From Deltaproteobacteria bacterium (GTDB taxonomy: Bacteria; Myxococcota_A; UBA796; SXON01), in assembly GCA_947490345.1 (NCBI GenBank), contig CANLGL010000006.1:52699-116698 (forward strand): a DNA stretch of 64,000 bases. The letters are read 5' to 3'. Of the stretch, positions 41,272 to 50,990 are shown one piece after another. The position numbers and the translations under genes are program-made. The notes under the pieces were generated by a model that did not search any database, was not told where the DNA came from, and saw only the letters and a program-made list of their open reading frames with translations. How positions within the stretch are numbered: the stretch's first letter is position 1; the number at the start of each line of letters is the position of its first letter.

Positions 41272-41337
41272 CCCGCCCTCGACCACCGCGGCGCCCTACG
41301 GTTCGTCCCGAAGTGTCTCCTGGACGTCCGTCTCGGC

Positions 41338-41661
41338 TCACAGCGCGAAGAAGGCAGAAAGCGCCCGCAAGAGGTTGGCCTGGGTCTCCCCGTCGAGCTG
41401 ACCCGCCCTCCTGCTCAGTCGACGCCGGTCGACGCACCGAAGCTGGTCGACCGTGATTGTCGCGTCGCGCCCGTCAAAGTGGGTTGCGACTCTCGATGCG
41501 TAGGGGAAATGCCCCGTCGTCATCGGGGCGACGGTGAACCACGACACCCGCTCGTTGAACTCATCGGGCGACACGATGACGGCGGGGCGGGTCTTTGCGA
41601 TCTCGCTGCCGACGGTGGGATCGAGCGCGCACCACCAAACCTCAAAGCGACGCGGGCTCAC
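41338..41661 (-). CDS. mazF: PemK/MazF family toxin
   Basis: LDPTVGSEIAKTRPAVIVSPDEFN, DQLRCVDRRRL. Confidence 0.93.
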   Translation of the reverse strand: MSPRRFEVWWCALDPTVGSEIAKTRPAVIVSPDEFNERVSWFTVAPMTTGHFPYASRVATHFDGRDATITVDQLRCVDRRRLSRRAGQLDGETQANLLRALSAFFAL

Positions 41662-41912
41662 CAGCGTTGTTCCTTGTCGAACTCATCGACCATGTCCTCG
41701 GGCCACGCCATCGCTGCGTCCCCGTTGGCGACCATCTGGTCGACGGACTCGGCCCAACCGGCGCGCGGATGCGCTGCGGAGGGACGGATCACGATTTCGC
41801 CTTCGCGAACCTCAAGGGTAACCTCGTCCAGGATGCCAGCTTGCTCAAGCAGCGGCCTAGGAATGCGTATCCCCCGGCTGTTCCCCCAGTTGACGACGCG
41901 GGCTTGAATCAT
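41658..41912 (-). CDS. mazE: AbrB/MazE family antitoxin
   Basis: WGNSRGIRIP..LL; overlaps the toxin start (GTGA). Confidence 0.93.
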   Translation of the reverse strand: MIQARVVNWGNSRGIRIPRPLLEQAGILDEVTLEVREGEIVIRPSAAHPRAGWAESVDQMVANGDAAMAWPEDMVDEFDKEQRW

Positions 41913-41921
41913 GGCGACCTC

Positions 41922-41938
41922 GGATACCTATTGTATAC
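41922..41938 (-). promoter_or_regulatory. mazEF -10/operator palindrome
   Basis: GTATAC-AATAG-GTATCC containing TACAAT, just upstream of mazE. Confidence 0.55.
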
Positions 41939-41964
41939 ACGTCGCCGCGCCCCCGTCGATTACC

Positions 41965-42270
41965 TCAGCACGTCTCCACTTCCGATTCCTGATGCGTCAG
42001 GATGGTGCAGTCGCCCGTCGGCGTCGCGCAACACAAGAGCGTGTACCCATTTTCGACGTCGCCCTCGGAGAGGATGAACTGTTCGTCAAGCTTCACCACG
42101 CCCGAGAGCACGCGGCCCGCGCAGGTGCTGCACGCGGCGGAGCGACAGGAGTACGGAAGCGCCAGCCCCCGGGCCTCGGCCGCCTCCAGGATCGGCTGAT
42201 CGTCCTGGCACGGGATGGTGACGTCGAGCCCGCGGGCGGGATTGTGGAGACGGATCTGGTAGGTCGGCAT
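41965..42270 (-). CDS. Plant-type 2Fe-2S ferredoxin
   Basis: LPYSCRSAACSTCAG...LLC. Confidence 0.93.
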   Translation of the reverse strand: MPTYQIRLHNPARGLDVTIPCQDDQPILEAAEARGLALPYSCRSAACSTCAGRVLSGVVKLDEQFILSEGDVENGYTLLCCATPTGDCTILTHQESEVETC

Positions 42271-42284
42271 CGCCGGCGTTGCTA

Positions 42285-44429
42285 TCAGATCGCGGGCGCC
42301 ACGCCCATCTCCAACAACAGGCCATCCGCCTTCTGGACCGCGTCGAGGTACCAGAGCAGGTAGCGGACATCCACGCTGATGCAGCGGGTCTTGTCGAGTT
42401 CGAAGCGCCAATCGCTGGCGATGCCCTCGATGTTGCCGTCAAACGCGAGCCCCACCAGCCGCCCCCGTCCGTCCAGCACCGGCGAGCCGCTGTTGCCTCC
42501 GGTGATGTCGAGGTCGCTCAGGAAGTTCACCGGTACCGAACCGAGGGTCGGATCAATCCAGGGGCCCCATTTTTCCGCCGCGATGGCGTCCAGAAGCGGC
42601 TTCGGCGCCGCGAAGGGCCAGTCTCCGGCCTTCTCGGCGAGGCCGAGGACCGTCGTCTGACTGCCGTACTTGACCGCGTCGCGGGGGGAGTAGCCCTGCA
42701 CCGTACCCACGCTCACGCGGAGCGTGCCGTTGGCGTCAGGGTAGGTCCGGGCGGGATCCATCCCCCGCAGTGCTTCGGCGTACAGCGGGCGGGTGCGGAG
42801 CTCAGCGCCGCGGCGGGTCTTGTCGCGCTCTTCGCGGGCCGCTTCGTACGGTCGAAGCGCCACCGCCAGCGAGATGAACGGATCCGCCGAGGCGACGAAT
42901 GCGCCCTCGGGCCGCCCGAACCACGCCTCACGCTGGTCGGCATCCGCCAGCGCCGGAGCGTCATACAATCGCGATGCCGCCCTCGCTGCGAGCCCGACAG
43001 CATCGAGCTTGTCGCCGCTCGGTGCTCCCAGCCACGCCATCAGCTCGGCCGGGCGTTCGGCCGCGGGAAGGGACAAGAGCTCGGTCAAAAAACGCTCGAA
43101 GATCGCGCGCTCGGACGGCAGGTGCAGCCCGGCCTGGAGCTCGACGACGCGGGCGCGGGCGCGGTCACGATCGCGCTCCTGAAAGCCAAGCTCGCGGCGC
43201 GCGTCGGGCTTCTGCCCCTCCAGCGACCAGCGGAACATCGTGCTCGCGGCGTGTAGCAGGTCGCCCCTGGCAATCCAATCCATCAGGCTGTCGCGACGTA
43301 AGTGCTCCTCGCCCTCGACGGCGGCCAGGCGCAGGGCGTCGATTGGCGCGCGGTACCGGGCCAGCCGCGCCGGGTCGGCGGCGATCCAGGAGTCCAGCGC
43401 CGCGTCCCGGGCGCGCGCCGCTGCCACCATGTTGCCCCGTCGGAACGCCTCCAGCGTGCCCTTGGCGTTGAAGAGCCCGTTGCCGATGGACCCGCGCGAC
43501 GGACCGACCAGCGCCGAGGCGGCCGGATCGGCCTCGATTGTCGCCGTCAGCAGATCGAAGACGCCCGTCGCGTGCTTGATGGTCTCGGGCAGCTTCAACC
43601 GAGCTTCGTGCTCCACCTCGACCGCGGCTCGCCAGCGTTCGGTGTGGCCGGGGTAGCCAGCGACCATCACGAAGCTTCCCGGGGAGATGCCGCGGGTAGC
43701 GACAACCAGGCGATGGCGCGGCGCGTAGGGCACGTTGTCGGGCGAGTACGCTGCCGGCTTCCCGTCGGGACCGACGTACGCGCGCAAAAAGAAAAAGTCG
43801 CCCGAATGGCGCGGCCAATGCCAGTTGTCGACCTCGTCGCCATAGTTGCCGACCATGTCCGGAGGCGCCATGACCACGCGCAGGTCCCGCAGCTCGATCT
43901 GCCGGATGAGGGAGTAGCGCTCGCCCTCGTAGAAGCTGGCCACGCGACAGCGGTACGCGCCCGACTTCTCGCAGGCGGCGACGAGCTTGCGGGTGGCATC
44001 GTCGGTGAGGTCCACCCGCTGCCGATCGTCGCGGGCCCTGTCCGCCGCGGTCCTGATCTTGCGCGTGACATCTTCGAACCCGTCGGTGATCCACACCCGT
44101 CTCATCGCGCCCGCCGAGCGTTCGTCGGCCCGCGTGGGCGCGTAGAAGCCGCTTTCGAGCAGGCTCTCGCCGTCCTTCTGGGCGCGTTGGAGCATGCCGA
44201 CGCCGCAGTGGTGGTTGGTCACCAACAAGCCCAGGTCGCTGACGAACGACGCGGTGCATCCGCCAAGGCTGACCACCGCCCCCAGCGGGGCATTGCCGAG
44301 GTCGCCGAGCCGCGCCGGATCGTCCAGGTATCCCGCGGCACGAAGGGTTGGGGCGAGGGCGGGGAGCTGTGAGGGCTCCCACATTCCTTCCACGGCGAAA
44401 GCGGTGGCGGCGAGGGCGAGCAGATGCAT
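42285..44429 (-). CDS. S46 family dipeptidyl peptidase
   Basis: EGMW, CTASFVS..GL..TNHHC, DNW.WPRH.GDF and DITGGNSGSP motifs. Confidence 0.95.
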   Translation of the reverse strand: MHLLALAATAFAVEGMWEPSQLPALAPTLRAAGYLDDPARLGDLGNAPLGAVVSLGGCTASFVSDLGLLVTNHHCGVGMLQRAQKDGESLLESGFYAPTRADERSAGAMRRVWITDGFEDVTRKIRTAADRARDDRQRVDLTDDATRKLVAACEKSGAYRCRVASFYEGERYSLIRQIELRDLRVVMAPPDMVGNYGDEVDNWHWPRHSGDFFFLRAYVGPDGKPAAYSPDNVPYAPRHRLVVATRGISPGSFVMVAGYPGHTERWRAAVEVEHEARLKLPETIKHATGVFDLLTATIEADPAASALVGPSRGSIGNGLFNAKGTLEAFRRGNMVAAARARDAALDSWIAADPARLARYRAPIDALRLAAVEGEEHLRRDSLMDWIARGDLLHAASTMFRWSLEGQKPDARRELGFQERDRDRARARVVELQAGLHLPSERAIFERFLTELLSLPAAERPAELMAWLGAPSGDKLDAVGLAARAASRLYDAPALADADQREAWFGRPEGAFVASADPFISLAVALRPYEAAREERDKTRRGAELRTRPLYAEALRGMDPARTYPDANGTLRVSVGTVQGYSPRDAVKYGSQTTVLGLAEKAGDWPFAAPKPLLDAIAAEKWGPWIDPTLGSVPVNFLSDLDITGGNSGSPVLDGRGRLVGLAFDGNIEGIASDWRFELDKTRCISVDVRYLLWYLDAVQKADGLLLEMGVAPAI

Positions 44430-44548
44430 GGCGGCGGCCTACTCCGCGGGGTGGATGGTAGCCATCCGCCGCCCACGGACGGGCTTCTGGGCTCGGTACC
44501 GGCTCCCGTGAACGGCCTGAGTTTTGACCGCTTCTTGACCAAACACAC

Positions 44549-44579
44549 TTGCCCCCCCCCCATCGAACTTTGTTACCGT
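44549..44579 (+). promoter_or_regulatory. Candidate promoter with a C10 homopolymer between -35 and -10
   Basis: TTGCCC(C7)ATCGAACTTTGT-TACCGT; C10 at 44552-44561. Confidence 0.4.
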
Positions 44580-44601
44580 TGCGATACACCAGGGGTTTGG
44601 C

Positions 44602-44997
44602 ATGGCTTGTTCAACGATCAACGTGATGATTCCGGCGATGGACGTGTGGACCAAAGGCAGCGATGCCAACCGCGTGCAGTTCCGGATCTCGGGCTTCCAG
44701 TCCACCGCCGGCTTCAAGGACGTTCGACCCATACTGGAGTTGCTGTCGCTCAGCGGGGGCCTGGTGATCGAGGTCGGTTACGAAACCGCGAACAACGAGG
44801 GCTCGCCGGATGCGATCGCGTGGCTGGCCAACTTCGCCGCCTCCACGGAGGGTGTCACCACCGGCACCTGGACCGACATCGCCAGCGCCCTGGCGGCCAA
44901 GGCGAGCGTTCGCTGGTGGCTCGGCGTCAAGAACGCCAACGCGGGCACGCTGCGGGAGCTGGGGCGAATCATGGGCGGCCGAATCGAGCTGCGCTAG
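44602..44997 (+). CDS. Hypothetical protein (beta-rich, no signal peptide)
   Basis: ORF with coding-like codon usage; first gene of a three-gene cluster. Confidence 0.65.
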   Translation: MACSTINVMIPAMDVWTKGSDANRVQFRISGFQSTAGFKDVRPILELLSLSGGLVIEVGYETANNEGSPDAIAWLANFAASTEGVTTGTWTDIASALAAKASVRWWLGVKNANAGTLRELGRIMGGRIELR

Positions 44998-45006
44998 GCG
45001 CCCGCG

Positions 45007-46689
45007 ATGGCCTGGTCAACGCCTACGTCGGCGGTCACGGTGGTGCTCCCTTATGGTACCGCCAAGGCCCCCGGCTGTTCGCCTTTGTTGTACCTCAGCA
45101 ATGTGTGCGCGGTGAACATGCCCACCCGCTGGGGCCTCGTCGACCGTGTCCGGCTGTACGGCGTGGACAGCCGCGCGGCGGAAAGCGCCATCAGCTACGA
45201 CCTGATCGGCCTGAGCGGCTGCACACCGGCGCTCGGGTCGGACTTTCCGCTGCGACCGTTGATGATGCCCGGCTGCACCAGTGGCGCGGTTCAACTTGGC
45301 GTGGGCGCCGACTTCACCTTTGCGTACCTCGATGCATCCTCCCAATTTCTGCCCGAATGGCTCATCGACCCTGGGCTGGTCACCTCGGCGGGATCCATTC
45401 TTGGCTACACCTGCGTCCCAAAAGCCCGCCTACACAACGACTGGACGACCCTCGAAAAAGACTACGATGCCGGCACCGAGGCGGTCCGAGAGTACAACCA
45501 AGCAGGGTCGACCTACGCGCATCCCGACGTCGTCAAGCTGCCTGACGGGCGATGGCTGATGGTCCTACAGCGGACCACGTTGCCCTATCCGTTGGACCTG
45601 TCCACGTTTCCGCCCGTTTTCGGCGGGCTGGACCGCGGCCCGTCCGAGGCTGTTGCCGGCAACGCCGGGAGCCCAGAGTGCGCCAACGCCGAGATCGTCG
45701 CGTGGTTGGCCGACGACGAAGACTTCACCCAGAACCTCCGCGGCCCCTACTGGATGGTCGATGCCACCGACGCGCTGCCGGTGTCGGAGTGGCCCGCGGC
45801 GGCCACCACCTGGCCGATCCGACCCCGCTGGTTCGTCGGAGTGCCCTCTGCCGTGGTGGTGGGGGACAACCTGTACCTGTACTACGCCATCGATCGCAGC
45901 ATGAACTGGTCGGGGCGGAACGGGCCCAACAAACTGGATGAAGACACCCCGGCGATGTGCGCGGGCTTGGGGGGCGACGTCTACTCGGACCCGAGCGAAT
46001 ACCGGCTTGCCTTCCGGGACTACGAAAACGCCGCCAGCCCCGACGGGGCCGGTCTGGCCCACCAGGTCTTCGAGATCGCGGACCTGTTGCGCTGGATGGA
46101 CTTCATCGACGGCTGGGGGGTGCAGGAGTCCGACTGGGTGCGCGCGCAGGCCGCCGGCCTCTCGATCGTCGCGCCCGGATCACATGGTGGGCGGGTGCGT
46201 ATCTGGGTGAAGTGGGGGCCCTTCGCGATCGGTCGCATCGAAACGTGGTCGGGAAACGGGGTGCTTGTCGACCCCGCCGTCGAGTGGTGCGCCAAGGAGG
46301 AACGGTTTGCCCTGGTCACCCCGCTCTCCAAGTGCCCAGCGCCGGCTCAGGGGTGCGGCATCTGGCGGGCCAGGGGCATCGCCTCGGGTGAGACATGGGG
46401 CTTTTTACCCAGCGCGCAGGTCGGGAAGGACTTCAGGATCGAGTTGTCGACGTCGCCGCTCGTTGCCGACGCCGCCACCAGCGCCGACATGGTCGTGGAG
46501 GCGCCGCTCGGCACGGGCGTGGGCGACATCACCCAGTACCTCGACCCGACGCTGACCTACGCCGGTACGGTCGGGGGCACCGCCTACTTCTATGTGATCG
46601 CCGGAGAGAACGTCTCGGACGGCGGCGGGCCCAGCCACGCCTTCAACCAGGTGGTCATCCGCGGCGAACGGGACGACGTGTGCTCCTGA
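45007..46689 (+). CDS. Hypothetical protein with GH43/GH32-like beta-propeller blade motifs
   Basis: AHPDVVKLPDGRWLMV, VPSAVVVGDNLYLYY, VDPAVEW and LDPTL. Confidence 0.6.
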   Translation: MAWSTPTSAVTVVLPYGTAKAPGCSPLLYLSNVCAVNMPTRWGLVDRVRLYGVDSRAAESAISYDLIGLSGCTPALGSDFPLRPLMMPGCTSGAVQLGVGADFTFAYLDASSQFLPEWLIDPGLVTSAGSILGYTCVPKARLHNDWTTLEKDYDAGTEAVREYNQAGSTYAHPDVVKLPDGRWLMVLQRTTLPYPLDLSTFPPVFGGLDRGPSEAVAGNAGSPECANAEIVAWLADDEDFTQNLRGPYWMVDATDALPVSEWPAAATTWPIRPRWFVGVPSAVVVGDNLYLYYAIDRSMNWSGRNGPNKLDEDTPAMCAGLGGDVYSDPSEYRLAFRDYENAASPDGAGLAHQVFEIADLLRWMDFIDGWGVQESDWVRAQAAGLSIVAPGSHGGRVRIWVKWGPFAIGRIETWSGNGVLVDPAVEWCAKEERFALVTPLSKCPAPAQGCGIWRARGIASGETWGFLPSAQVGKDFRIELSTSPLVADAATSADMVVEAPLGTGVGDITQYLDPTLTYAGTVGGTAYFYVIAGENVSDGGGPSHAFNQVVIRGERDDVCS

Positions 46690-47750
46690 TCCTCCTGGCC
46701 TGCGAACCGCCCTCCAGCGCGGGCGTCGTCCCGGGCGACGAAATGGCTGCCGACAGCGGTGCCGCAGACTCGGTGGAGACCGGCGACACCGCCGACACCG
46801 CGCCAGACACCGCCGACACGGGCGACACCGCCGACACGGGCGACCCGCCCCGCACCGATTGCGACAATGTCTGGGACTACTCCAGCGCCCCGACCGGGCC
46901 GCCAGTGTTTATCGAGGTGTCCGCCGGCCGGACGACCACCTGCGGGCTCCTGGAGTCGGGCGAGATCTGGTGCTGGGGCGCCACGAAGTATTGGGACCGC
47001 CCAGCGCCGCCGCTCGGCCGTTTCCACGCTCTGGTTCAGGCGGGCGGCTCGGCCTGCGCCATCGATGACCAGGACCGCGCCGTGTGTTGGGGCGACTGGG
47101 TCGACGAATCCGAGCCTCCCCCGTGCGAGTACTGGCAACAGTACCAGCGCATTACCGGCGGAACCGCGTTTGGCCTTGACGCGACGGGGGCGCTCACGGG
47201 AGGCAGCGGTCGCGCTACGGTGGCAGGAGGGCCGTTCGTGCGGATCGAGAGCGGTCTGTACGGTACTTGTGCCAGAGATGCCGACGGATTTTTGACGTGC
47301 ACGAACATCTATGAGGCTGGCACGGACGACTCTCCGCCCGACGCCCCCGTCACCGACTTCGACTACGACAGTTGGGCCGGGTGCGCGGTGCTCGCCGCGG
47401 ACGGCACGCTGAGCTGTTGGGGAGGCGAGATCCCGACTTCGAGTGACCGCGATTACAATTGGATGAAGCTCGCCGTCCCGCCCGAAGGCGAGTTCGTCGC
47501 CGTCGCCGTCGACATCGACTACGCCTGCGCCGTGGGTGTGGACGGCTCGATACAGTGTTTCAGCGGCTCTTACCGCGAAGACTATGGCTGGCTCTATCCC
47601 TGGATGGAGTCGGGGCGGCCCTTCAGCCCCGAGGGGAACGACTGGATCGACGTCGACATCGAGAACGAGAACGCCTGCGGCCTGCACGCCGACGGGCGTA
47701 TCGAGTGTTGGGGCGACAACACGTACGGACAGATGGACGGGCCCACCTGA
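46680..47750 (+). CDS. RCC1/BLIP-II-like repeat lipoprotein
   Basis: GTG start LLILLAC; DTG linker; repeated TCGL..SG..WCWG and ACGLHADGRIECWGDNTYGQ. Confidence 0.8.
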   Translation: MLLILLACEPPSSAGVVPGDEMAADSGAADSVETGDTADTAPDTADTGDTADTGDPPRTDCDNVWDYSSAPTGPPVFIEVSAGRTTTCGLLESGEIWCWGATKYWDRPAPPLGRFHALVQAGGSACAIDDQDRAVCWGDWVDESEPPPCEYWQQYQRITGGTAFGLDATGALTGGSGRATVAGGPFVRIESGLYGTCARDADGFLTCTNIYEAGTDDSPPDAPVTDFDYDSWAGCAVLAADGTLSCWGGEIPTSSDRDYNWMKLAVPPEGEFVAVAVDIDYACAVGVDGSIQCFSGSYREDYGWLYPWMESGRPFSPEGNDWIDVDIENENACGLHADGRIECWGDNTYGQMDGPT

Positions 47751-47781
47751 GCGCTGGGCCGAGGCGCCCCACTCCGCCCGA

Positions 47782-50700
47782 TCAATACAAGCCAGCCGCC
47801 TCCAACTGGGAGATCAGGATCGCGGTTCGGGCGGGAAAGTACTCATCGACGAGGCGGTCGTGCTCAATCTGCCACTCGACGTCGCGGGTGTAGGGGTCGC
47901 TGCGGCGGACGTCCCCCCAGCGGGCCGACTCGGCAAGCAAGGCGCCGAAGACCTCGTCGGCGCGGGCCTCGTAGCGACTCGTGGCCGCTTCCGGGGTCAG
48001 GGCACCACCGTCGGTCAGGTGCATCAGGGCGCGGTCGGCATAGCGTTGGCGGAAGTCGGTGTTGCTCCGCAACCGAGCGTAGATGTGCGAGGCCGAGCCC
48101 GCGACGTCCACCTCCACGTTGGTGGCGTCCGCCTCATCCCACAAGCTGTATTCCATGTCCCAAACGAAGAAGCGGAAGACCTCGCCGTCCAGGCGCCGCC
48201 GCACTGCCCGCATGTTGTTGCTCTCGAAACAGCAGGGACCGTCGCGATTGACCGTATACTGGTGAATCAGCATGTAGTCGATGAGATCATCCAGATCCAG
48301 CATCTCCTCCACCGCGGCCAGGCCCGCGTCGGTGCTCAGATCGTCGTCAGCCCGCGCCAGCAGCTCCAAGAAGGCGTCGAGGGTGCCGTCGATGGCTTCG
48401 TTGGTGGTGGTGCGACGATTGATGGCATCGTACTCCTCATCTTCACCGCCGAAATACGCCGCGCCGAAGTCGGCTTCGGGGCGCTCGACGGCGTTGTAGA
48501 GTCCCCAATACAAGCCGTTGAGGTAAAGGTGCACGAAGGCCGCGTGCCCATCGGCCTTCCCCATGTCCCGCGCGGTGTCGCGCGCGAAAGCATCGTGAAG
48601 GTACTGGGCCTGGGCCGGGTCGCGGAAATCCAGCCAGGTCTTGCTGCCGCCTGCCCGCAGGACGATGCTGTCGAAGTCGTCGATCGCGGCGTCGGGAAAG
48701 AGCGGGTAGTGGAGCTTGCTCGCCCCGTAGATGTCAGAGAACTCCAGCCGGAACGAGTGCTTGGGCGTCGTGGTGTTGTAGCGCCAGCCGTAGCCGTGGA
48801 TTCGTAGGCCACAATCAACCGCGAAGCCGGTGCTGCCGTCGGGAAGAATCAGCTCGATCGAGGCGGATTTCTCCCACTCGTCGCCACGGCCGGCGCTGTT
48901 GGCGTACAGGCCATCGGCCTGGCTCCAGAGGTCGTCGGGCCCGAGCACGATCGACAGCGACGGGAGCTCCCGCAGCCCAGCGAGCAGCGCGTCGGCCACG
49001 GTGGGGTCCAGGGCCACGCGAGGATCCATCGCGTAGTCGGCGGCCACCGTCCCCTCGTACTGGCTGACCCAGGTGGTGGGAACCCCCGGGGGGCTCGTGC
49101 TCTGGCGCACGACGTCGCCCAGAAAAAGGTAGCTGTGCGTCGCAACCGTGGAGCTGGCCCACGCCTCTCGCAGCGCGATGGCGCGCACCGCCGCAGTGGT
49201 CACGACCGACACCTCGGCGGTGGCATAGTCGGCGTCGTCCACCGCCACGACGCGCGTGCCGTTCCCCGCGCTCGGCGTGGAGCCGTCGGTGGTGTAGACG
49301 AGGTCCGCGCCGGCCGACGCGCTCGTGAGGCTCAGCGTGAACGAGGCTTCCGCGAAGCCACGCTCCGGCGAGAAGGTTGGCGGGTCCAAGAGTCCCGCGG
49401 CGCCGCGGCCGTTGGGTTGGCCAGGCGTGGGCACGGTGAACAATGCGACGTCGCCGCTCTGGATCGTCTGGACCGTCAGCGTGGGTGTCAACAACAGATC
49501 GTCGTCCGCGGGCGAGACGTTCTGAACCTCGAAGGCGACGAGGTGGTCGCCCAGGCCGAACGCGGCGGGAGCGAGGGAAAAGCTCTCGCTGGTGGTGCCC
49601 TCGTGCGTCGTGAGCGCCGCCGACTCGCCCGCGTTGGCGCTGAGCACCTCCAGCCCGTCTACGAATACGCGCACACCGTCGTCATAGCGAAGGCTGAGCG
49701 CGACGCGATCGGGGGCCAACCCCACGGAAATCGGCACGCGTACCCCCAGCGCGGTTGCCTCCCCCATGAGGTCGGCCACGTCTGTCGTGAACGCCCCGGT
49801 GTACGGCGAAGCGGCCACACCCCTCACCTCCAGCTCGCCGATCGACAACCACTCGCTGCTGCCCCGCCCGTTCACCGCGGTTTTTGACACCCGCACCGAC
49901 GCGCCCACCACCGGGCTGTCCGGGGTGACGAGCAACACTCGGCCCGGGTCGGCGGGGGTCCCGCCCTCGCTCACCGGATTCTGCACCTCCGACGCCCACA
50001 CCAGACCACCGGTGGAATCGAACACTTCCACCACGATGTTGTACAGCCGGCTCGCGCAGCAGTCGACGCGGTTGTACAGCGACACCTCGTCGATCGACCA
50101 GCTCCCCTCCAGGTCCACCTCGACCCACGGCGTCAGGTCCCCGTCGCCAGTGTGCGAAAACGTGGACGGCTCGCCATCGACCGCCTGCACGCCGGTGTAG
50201 CCGTAGCCATCCGACGACTGTGACGTCGATTTCCCCAACGCAACGTTGGTGGGGTCCCCGCTCGCCACCTCGCCGTCGAACCCGATGCCCAACACCACGC
50301 TGGCCCACGCACCGTCGTCGAAATCGGCGTGGGTCCAGCCCTCGATCGGCAGCCCGCCAGTGGCCACCGTCCCCTCCCCTACCAGCGTCGTTTCCTCAAC
50401 GAGTTGCTCCGGACCCCAGCTCGTGTCCTCTGGCAGGGCGGGTACCACCAGGGTGTCCACCAGGGTGTCATCGGGGTCGCGCAGGCTGATGGTCTCGCCC
50501 TGGTCACTCAGCGCAAAGGGAAGATGCAGCTCGGTTTCGGTGCTGTCGTCACCGTCGGCGAACACCACGACGAACCCGCCGGCGCCAAGCGTCCAACTCG
50601 GGAGGGTGCCCGAATCGTCCCCGGTAGCCAGAGTCCACCCGTCCAGGTCCACGCTGCCGGGTCCGGGATTGTACAGCTCGATCCAGTCGGGGGCGCTACC

Positions 50701-50862
50701 CGAGGCGTCCTCGAGGGTGTCCTCGTTGTCGCTCATCACCTCGTTGATCCGGAGCGGCGCGTCGGCGCCGTCAGGAGCGGTGCCCTCGCCGGTGTCCGAC
50801 GGGGGGCGTACATCGTCACCTGGCGACGGGCAGCCCTGCAAGGCAGCAAACAGCAGGATCAT
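47782..50862 (-). CDS. CotH-family kinase lipoprotein with lamin-tail, discoidin/fucolectin-like and FN3-associated domains
   Basis: INEVMSDN, DWIELYN, NVALGKSTSQSS/NRVDCC, YTTDGSTP, KHSFRL, LYLNGLYWGLY and WDME motifs. Confidence 0.88.
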   Translation of the reverse strand: MILLFAALQGCPSPGDDVRPPSDTGEGTAPDGADAPLRINEVMSDNEDTLEDASGSAPDWIELYNPGPGSVDLDGWTLATGDDSGTLPSWTLGAGGFVVVFADGDDSTETELHLPFALSDQGETISLRDPDDTLVDTLVVPALPEDTSWGPEQLVEETTLVGEGTVATGGLPIEGWTHADFDDGAWASVVLGIGFDGEVASGDPTNVALGKSTSQSSDGYGYTGVQAVDGEPSTFSHTGDGDLTPWVEVDLEGSWSIDEVSLYNRVDCCASRLYNIVVEVFDSTGGLVWASEVQNPVSEGGTPADPGRVLLVTPDSPVVGASVRVSKTAVNGRGSSEWLSIGELEVRGVAASPYTGAFTTDVADLMGEATALGVRVPISVGLAPDRVALSLRYDDGVRVFVDGLEVLSANAGESAALTTHEGTTSESFSLAPAAFGLGDHLVAFEVQNVSPADDDLLLTPTLTVQTIQSGDVALFTVPTPGQPNGRGAAGLLDPPTFSPERGFAEASFTLSLTSASAGADLVYTTDGSTPSAGNGTRVVAVDDADYATAEVSVVTTAAVRAIALREAWASSTVATHSYLFLGDVVRQSTSPPGVPTTWVSQYEGTVAADYAMDPRVALDPTVADALLAGLRELPSLSIVLGPDDLWSQADGLYANSAGRGDEWEKSASIELILPDGSTGFAVDCGLRIHGYGWRYNTTTPKHSFRLEFSDIYGASKLHYPLFPDAAIDDFDSIVLRAGGSKTWLDFRDPAQAQYLHDAFARDTARDMGKADGHAAFVHLYLNGLYWGLYNAVERPEADFGAAYFGGEDEEYDAINRRTTTNEAIDGTLDAFLELLARADDDLSTDAGLAAVEEMLDLDDLIDYMLIHQYTVNRDGPCCFESNNMRAVRRRLDGEVFRFFVWDMEYSLWDEADATNVEVDVAGSASHIYARLRSNTDFRQRYADRALMHLTDGGALTPEAATSRYEARADEVFGALLAESARWGDVRRSDPYTRDVEWQIEHDRLVDEYFPARTAILISQLEAAGLY

Positions 50863-50899
50863 GGAGAGCCGTTAACGCCCGGGATCGTGGGGACGAGGG

Positions 50900-50950
50900 T
50901 GGTTTCACCTCCCGGTGGCTGGGGAGCGCCGCGAGCCAGGGCCGGCGGCG
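50900..50950. repeat. 51-bp dispersed repeat, copy 2
   Basis: Matches 37944-37994. Confidence 0.85.
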
Positions 50951-50990
50951 GCGGCTTGCCAGCCTCACGCGAGAGTCCTATCTTCGGTCG

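Noticed and set aside
41338-41912. mazEF as a novel system
   Set aside because: It is an ordinary intact type II toxin-antitoxin pair.
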